From Octopus sinensis (taxonomy: Eukaryota), in NCBI RefSeq assembly GCF_006345805.1, contig NW_021826853.1, positions 1 through 12,101 on the forward strand: DNA of 12,101 bases. Direction: 5' to 3'. The notes below the pieces were generated by a model. That model saw only the letters and a list, made by a program, of their open reading frames with translations, was not told where the DNA came from and searched no databases. Below, in pieces: positions 6,854-12,101 of this stretch. The translations under genes and the position numbers were made by a program. Numbering within the stretch: the first letter of the stretch is position 1; each line of letters begins with the position of its first letter.

Positions 6854-7025
6854 GGTATTTCGTCTGCTGCTACGTTCTGAGTTCAAATTCCGCTGAGGTC
6901 GACTTTGCCTTTCATTCTTTCCGGGGTCGATAAATTAAGTACCAGTTACGTAAAGGGGTTGATCTAATCGACTTGCCCCCTCCCCCCAAATTTAGGGCCT
7001 TGTGCCTACAGTAGGAAAGATTATT
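6854..7025 (+). mobile_element. SINE family B, unit 3 with a different 3' tail
   Basis: B-box-like GTTCAAATTCC from 6881 and the same core; after AATCGACTT it continues GCCCCCTCCCCCCAAATTTAGGGCCTTGTGCCTACAGTAGGAAAGATTATT instead of the unit 1/2 tail. Confidence 0.75.
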
Positions 7026-7371
7026 TTTTTTCCAAACTTTATTCATTTATTTTCTACCATACCGTATATTTTCTCCTGTTCGCTTACTCCCTCTCCCCTC
7101 CTTTCTCTCTCTCTCTCACTCACGTTCTCTTTCTTTCTTCTTTGTACTCCCCCTTTCCCCTGCAGTACTATTTCTCTTTCTTAACCCTCCTTCTTACCTC
7201 ATACTACAGCTCTGATCATGCATCACGTTATTTATGTTAATTCAAAGAAAGCAGACGATTCTTTTCTCTTCATCAAAAAATTCAAATAAATGATGACACT
7301 GTCTCTTGGTTATATGACTAAAACACCTGACTCAGAATTTTCTGAGAACCCTTTTTTGCTTTACCATCTGA

Positions 7372-7372
7372 C

Positions 7373-7415
<43 letters not shown>

Positions 7416-8073
7416 GTCTCTCTCACGCTCTCTTTCTCTCTTTTACTCTCTCACCCTTTCATTCTCTCTCGTTCACTCTTTCACTCTCGCTCTGTCTTTC
7501 TCTCTCTCTTTCACACACACACACTCTCTCTCTTTTACTCTCCCTCTCTCTCTCACACACACTCTCCCTATCTCTCTCTTTTACTCTCTCTCTCTGTCAC
7601 ACACATTCTCTCTTCCTATCTCTCTCTTTTACTCTCTCTCTCTCACACACTCTCTCTCCCCCTATCTCTCTCTCTCACACACACACTCTCCCTATCTCTC
7701 TCTTTTACTCTCTCTCTCTCACACACATTCTCTCTTCCTATATCTCTCTTTTACTCTCTCTCTCACACACACACACTCTCTCCCTATCTCTCTCTTTTAC
7801 TCTCTCTCTCTCTCTCACTCACACTCTCTCACTCACACTCTCTCTCCCTGTCTCTCTCTTTTACTCTCTCTCTCACACACACACACTCTCCCTATCTCTC
7901 TCTTTTACTCTCTCTCTCACACACAATCTCTCTTCCTATCTCTCTCTCTCATGCGCACACACATACAAACATGCACACACACACACACACATACACACAT
8001 GCACACACACACACACGCACATACACAACACTCTCACTCTCTCGCCCTTTCATTCTCTCCCGTTCACTCTTTC
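7372..8073. repeat. (CTGT)n followed by a ~40-46 bp CT/CA minisatellite and (CA)n
   Basis: Unit approximately CCTATCTCTCTCTTTTACTCTCTCTCTCACACACACTCTC; the TTTTACT marker recurs about 9 times at 7441-7910. Accounts for the L/S/H/T-rich ORFs. Confidence 0.95.
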
Positions 8074-8308
8074 TTATTCTTTCTCTCTGTCCTTCTTTCA
8101 TTGTAGACACACATACACTTTCAAGCACGAACACACCACACGCGGCGCACACGCGGGATGCGACGAGTCCGACGATCGTCAACGTGAAACTCGAATAATT
8201 AGATGACTGGTGGAGGCTGAAAACCATAAGCAACCGTCAGTTCAAGACAGAGAAGTTTTGAGCTTTTTAACCTCTTTCTACCTACACTACACACACATGC
8301 ATCCACAC

Positions 8309-8359
8309 ACATACATATATGTGTATGTTGTGTATATATATATACTATATATATATATA

Positions 8360-8427
<68 letters not shown>

Positions 8428-8552
8428 TACTTTATTTAAAGCAGCAGAAAATTCAACATATATATAAAAATAGTAATGGCAATATGAGAGTATTGCTTTC
8501 CAGTAAAGAATATCCCGTGAGGGAAAATTATTTCGTTGTACCATATATTTAC

Positions 8553-8594
<42 letters not shown>

Positions 8595-8639
8595 ATATAT
8601 ATATAATATATATACACATATATATATATGTGTGTGTTG

Positions 8640-8678
<39 letters not shown>

Positions 8679-8750
8679 AATATATATAATTAATATATAT
8701 ATATATATATTATATATTTGTGGTGTGTGTATAATATATATATATATATA
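8309..8750. repeat. (TA)n-rich microsatellite arrays with two short non-repetitive islands (8431-8457, 8466-8556)
   Basis: Read directly. Confidence 0.95.
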
Positions 8751-8975
8751 CTAAGGAATCTATACGCTTGGCTTAGATTTTCCTTTGGGGCTGGCCAGGT
8801 CGGAGCAATCTCAAGATTAATCAGCCGAAATTGCGAGGATGATCCGGTTCTTGACTGAAGATTGAAGGCTTCGAATGTCCGTCCGTGTTTTTTGTATCAT
8901 CTTCTAAATGTTTTGCGTTCTTATCCCAGTTTGTGTTTTTTTTACATATATTAATATAATAAATGTATTATATAT

Positions 8976-9015
<40 letters not shown>

Positions 9016-9038
9016 TATATATAATATATATATGTATG

Positions 9039-9073
<35 letters not shown>

Positions 9074-9096
9074 GTATATATCACAGATATAATGTA

Positions 9097-9134
<38 letters not shown>

Positions 9135-9264
9135 CACATATATATATTTGGTATATATATATATACATATATATATATATAAACACATATATATATGATA
9201 TATATACATATATATATATATACATATATTATATACATATATATCTGTATATATATATTTTATG

Positions 9265-9302
<38 letters not shown>

Positions 9303-9988
9303 CACATATATATGTATATATATGTATTATATATATATAACTATATATACATATTATTATAACAATAATATATATATATATTAGATATATATATTAATAT
9401 ATATATATACATATATATACATAATATGTGTATATATATACATATATATATATATATATACATACATACATATATATATATATACATATATATATGTATA
9501 TATATATATATATAGTATATATATATGATATATATATATATATGTATATATATATACATAATGTGTGTTATATATACTATATGTATATATATATACACAC
9601 ATATATATATGTGTATATATATATATATATATATACATATATACTATATATGTGTATATATATAATATATATATGTATATATATATATACATACATATAT
9701 ATATATATATACATATATATATGTATACTATATATATATGTATATATATAATATACATAATATATATATATACTATATATATATATATATTTGTAAAAAA
9801 AACACAAACTGGGATAAGAACGCAAAACATTTAGAAGATGATTCAAAAAACACGGACGGGACATTCGAAGCCTTCAATCTTCAGTCAAGAACCGATTCAT
9901 CCTCGCAATTCGGCTGATTAATCTTGAGATTGCTCCGACCTGGCCAGCCGCAAAGGAAAATCTAAGCCAAGCGTATTAGATTCCTTAG
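8751..9988. mobile_element. Foldback structure: ~196-bp inverted arms around an 845-bp TA-microsatellite spacer, flanked by (TA)n
   Basis: Left arm 8751-8946 and right arm 9792-9988 are reverse complements with 4 substitutions and 3 single-base indels by my alignment (about 96%). That it is a mobile element is inference. Confidence 0.7.
8947..9791. repeat. Long degenerate (TA)n/(TACA)n/(TGTA)n array
   Basis: Read directly; source of all Y/I-rich ORFs on both strands. Confidence 0.97.
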
Positions 9989-10003
9989 TATATATATATA
10001 TAT

Positions 10004-10420
10004 ACTCTTTTACTTGTTTTAGTCATTTCACTGCGGCCATGCTGGAGCACCACCTTTAGTTGAGCAAATCGACCCCAGGACTTATTCTTTGTAAGCCTAG
10101 TACTTATTCTATCGGTCTCTTTTGCCGAACCGCTAAGTTACGGGGGACGTAAACATACCAGCATCGGTTGTCAAACGATGTTCGGAGGGGGGGGGGGTGA
10201 CAAACACAGACACACAAACATTTACGTGCACACACACATATATACATATACATATATACGACGGGCTTCTTTCAGTTTCCGTCTACCAAATCCACTCACA
10301 AGGCATTGGTCGGCCCGCGGCTATAATAGAAGACACTTGTCCAAAGTGCCACGTTGTGAGATTGAACCCGGAACCATGTGGTTGGTTAGCAAGCTACTTA
10401 CCACACAGCCACTCCTGCGC
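10004..10420 (-). mobile_element. tRNA-derived SINE family A, copy 2
   Basis: Reverse-complement homolog of 412-815 with head GCGCAGGAGTGGCTGTGTGG, an internal (TA)(TG) microsatellite, and tail AAGTAAAAGAGT running into (TA)n. Confidence 0.9.
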
Positions 10421-10745
10421 TATTGGCGCCTTAAACGAAAGATCGTATATTGCGCAAACAAAATATTTCCGATTGCAAATTAAAATATCAAAATATAACA
10501 CCAAAAAATAAAACATAGGATCTTTTCCAAAGTGTTTAGTTAACTAGAAATTGTGTTGAAATCTGGCTATCAAAAGGAAAAGATCTAAAACATACTCTAA
10601 CACTGAAATGGTACAGTGGTAGGCAATATCGACCTATCTCATCAATGTACCTTGCACAATACATCCTAAAATGTGTCGTTGACAAACGATAATATTGCCT
10701 TGTATTGCTCCTGAGTAGATGTTGAGCAAATTTGTGAATGTTAAA

Positions 10746-10910
10746 CGTAGGACGCTAAGGGGAAAGAAGCCTCGACTCGTGGCGTTTCTTTTGTCGGTTG
10801 TTTGATCTTGTGACGTCACTATCGCAACGCCTCGGTGTGAACTCGGCGTGGCGGTCGATGACCACTTCCGGAACGTGTTACCTGTGAAAAATATCGAGCT
10901 TCTGCTCGGC
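10746..10910. promoter_or_regulatory. Putative CpG-rich promoter/enhancer with CRE and ETS motifs
   Basis: Perfect GTGACGTCAC palindrome (10810-10819, CRE core TGACGTCA) and ACTTCCGG (10864-10871, CCGGAAGT on the minus strand) in a non-repetitive CpG-rich patch. No transcript evidence. Confidence 0.45.
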
Positions 10911-11083
10911 CAACTGTCTTTGTATCGGTGTGTAGGTTAGGTGTGTTTATCTGTCTAGGATGGAGGTCTGTGTGTTTGTGTGCGTTTGCAATATCTGTGT
11001 ACTAGACACAAACACCAGCACGCGCTTACGTTTGCATAGCTACTTATTCAAGGTGGTCCATCGATCGCTATGCAACACCCCCA

Positions 11084-11089
11084 CCACAC

Positions 11090-11120
<31 letters not shown>

Positions 11121-11138
11121 AGGGTATGTGCATTTGCT

Positions 11139-11165
<27 letters not shown>
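11084..11165. repeat. (CA)n microsatellites
   Basis: Read directly. Confidence 0.95.
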
Positions 11166-11169
<4 letters not shown>

Positions 11170-11171
11170 TG

Positions 11172-11660
11172 TATATAAAAGTCAATGTCTGTGTTCGTGT
11201 GTTACTTGTAGACTCGAAAACTACTGGACCGATCCTAATGAAATTTGGAACACAAAATCCAAGCCTAGGGAGAAGGGTAATGCCGCATGGGATAATGCCG
11301 TATGTTTCATGCAATTCTGAGGGAGCATAAGGGGGGGGGATGGCGTAGAACTCCTCGTGAAATTTCATATGCTTCGAATTTAGATGTAATTTGAACTATA
11401 GGTATTAGAAATATAATTTTAAATATACCCAAATTTTCCATTTCTTTCGATGATTCTAAGACACCTACATGAGGGCTTAACTCCCAAATATTAGTCATTT
11501 TTCATGACCCAAAATTACTGAATGGATCCTTATGATATTTGGAACATAGATTCAATGCATAAGAGCGGGTATAATGCAGTATGTTTGATTTGAATTTGAA
11601 GGGGGCTTAAGGGGGACAGAACTCCCCATGAAAATTCATAAATTTCCAATGTTGATGAAA
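11172..11660 (+). mobile_element. Older Helitron/Helentron-like non-autonomous fragment with an internal diverged direct repeat
   Basis: Starts TATATAAAAG plus a GT-rich stretch, like the 5418 units. AAAACTACTGGACCGATCCTAATGAAATTTGGAACA (11217-11252) matches 11511-11546 at 30/36, and 11347-11369 matches 11618-11640 at 20/23. No 3' CTAG terminus seen; cut by SINE copy 3. Confidence 0.5.
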
Positions 11661-11683
11661 CTTACTCTTGGAAGCCTAGTAAG

Positions 11684-12027
11684 CCGGGACTTATTCATTG
11701 GAAGCCTACTACTTATTCTATCGGTCTCTTTTGCCGAACCGCTAAGTTACGGGCACGTAAACGCACCAGCATCGGTTGTCAAGCGATGTTAAGGTGGGGG
11801 ACAAACACAGACACACAAACATATACACACACACACACATACATATGTACATATACATATATACGACGGGCTTCTTTCAGTTTCCGTCTACTAAATCCAC
11901 TCACAAGACTTTGGTCGGCCCGAAGCTATAGTAGAAGACACTTGCTCAAGGTGCCACACAGTGGGACTGAACCCGGAACCATGTGGTTGGTAAGCAAGCT
12001 ACTAACCACACAGCCACACCTGCGCCT
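11684..12027 (-). mobile_element. tRNA-derived SINE family A, copy 3 (3'-truncated)
   Basis: Head AGGCGCAGGTGTGGCTGTGTGG and B-box GGTTCAGTCCC on the minus strand; internal microsatellite; lacks the last ~80 bp; short degenerate duplication at the break (11661-11681 vs 11690-11711). Confidence 0.88.
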
Positions 12028-12045
12028 ACACACACACACCCACAT

Positions 12046-12086
<41 letters not shown>

Positions 12087-12098
12087 CACATATATATG
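12028..12098. repeat. (CA)n(TA)n microsatellite
   Basis: Read directly. Confidence 0.95.
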
Positions 12099-12101
12099 GA
12101 T

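Noticed and set aside
7331-7346. CTCAGAA-tt-TTCTGAG hairpin
   Set aside because: Short and isolated; compatible with chance.
7290-8198. Long ORFs (302 aa, 230 aa) rich in L/S/H/T
   Set aside because: Translations of the CT/CA minisatellite; no domain-like sequence.
8287-9864. Many Y/I-rich ORFs on both strands
   Set aside because: (TA)n arrays lack stop codons in some frames; not genes.
11032-11075. 9-bp inverted repeat TTGCATAGC/GCTATGCAA
   Set aside because: A 9-bp stem with a spacer up to 30 nt is expected about once by chance in 12 kb.

Overview
Eukaryotic, AT-rich, repeat-saturated DNA with no intact protein-coding gene I can support. The SINE families and dense microsatellites point to an octopus (coleoid cephalopod) genome; this is inferred from recalled repeat families, not a search. 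Almost all ORFs in the track are translations of microsatellites. The contents are: (i) remnants of a Tx1/L1-clade non-LTR retrotransposon, namely a frameshifted ORF1 start behind a hairpin-rich leader (about 1260-1801, not in the ORF track) and two 5'-truncated ORF2/3'UTR copies (3211-4395 with a CCHC zinc knuckle, and 4640-5119) embedded in TATC/TATG/TGTC arrays; (ii) non-autonomous Helitron-like elements, one solo (2340-2736) and one exact head-to-tail array (5418-6507); (iii) three copies of tRNA-derived SINE family A and a tandem trimer of SINE family B, whose 3' tail matches the Tx1 3' end; (iv) a 1.24 kb foldback structure with 196/197-bp inverted arms around a TA array, each arm carrying an imperfect hammerhead-like core; (v) a CpG-rich CRE+ETS promoter-like patch near 10.8 kb. 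The best candidate for something new is a Tx1 LINE-SINE partnership based on a shared 3' tail, possibly with microsatellite targeting.
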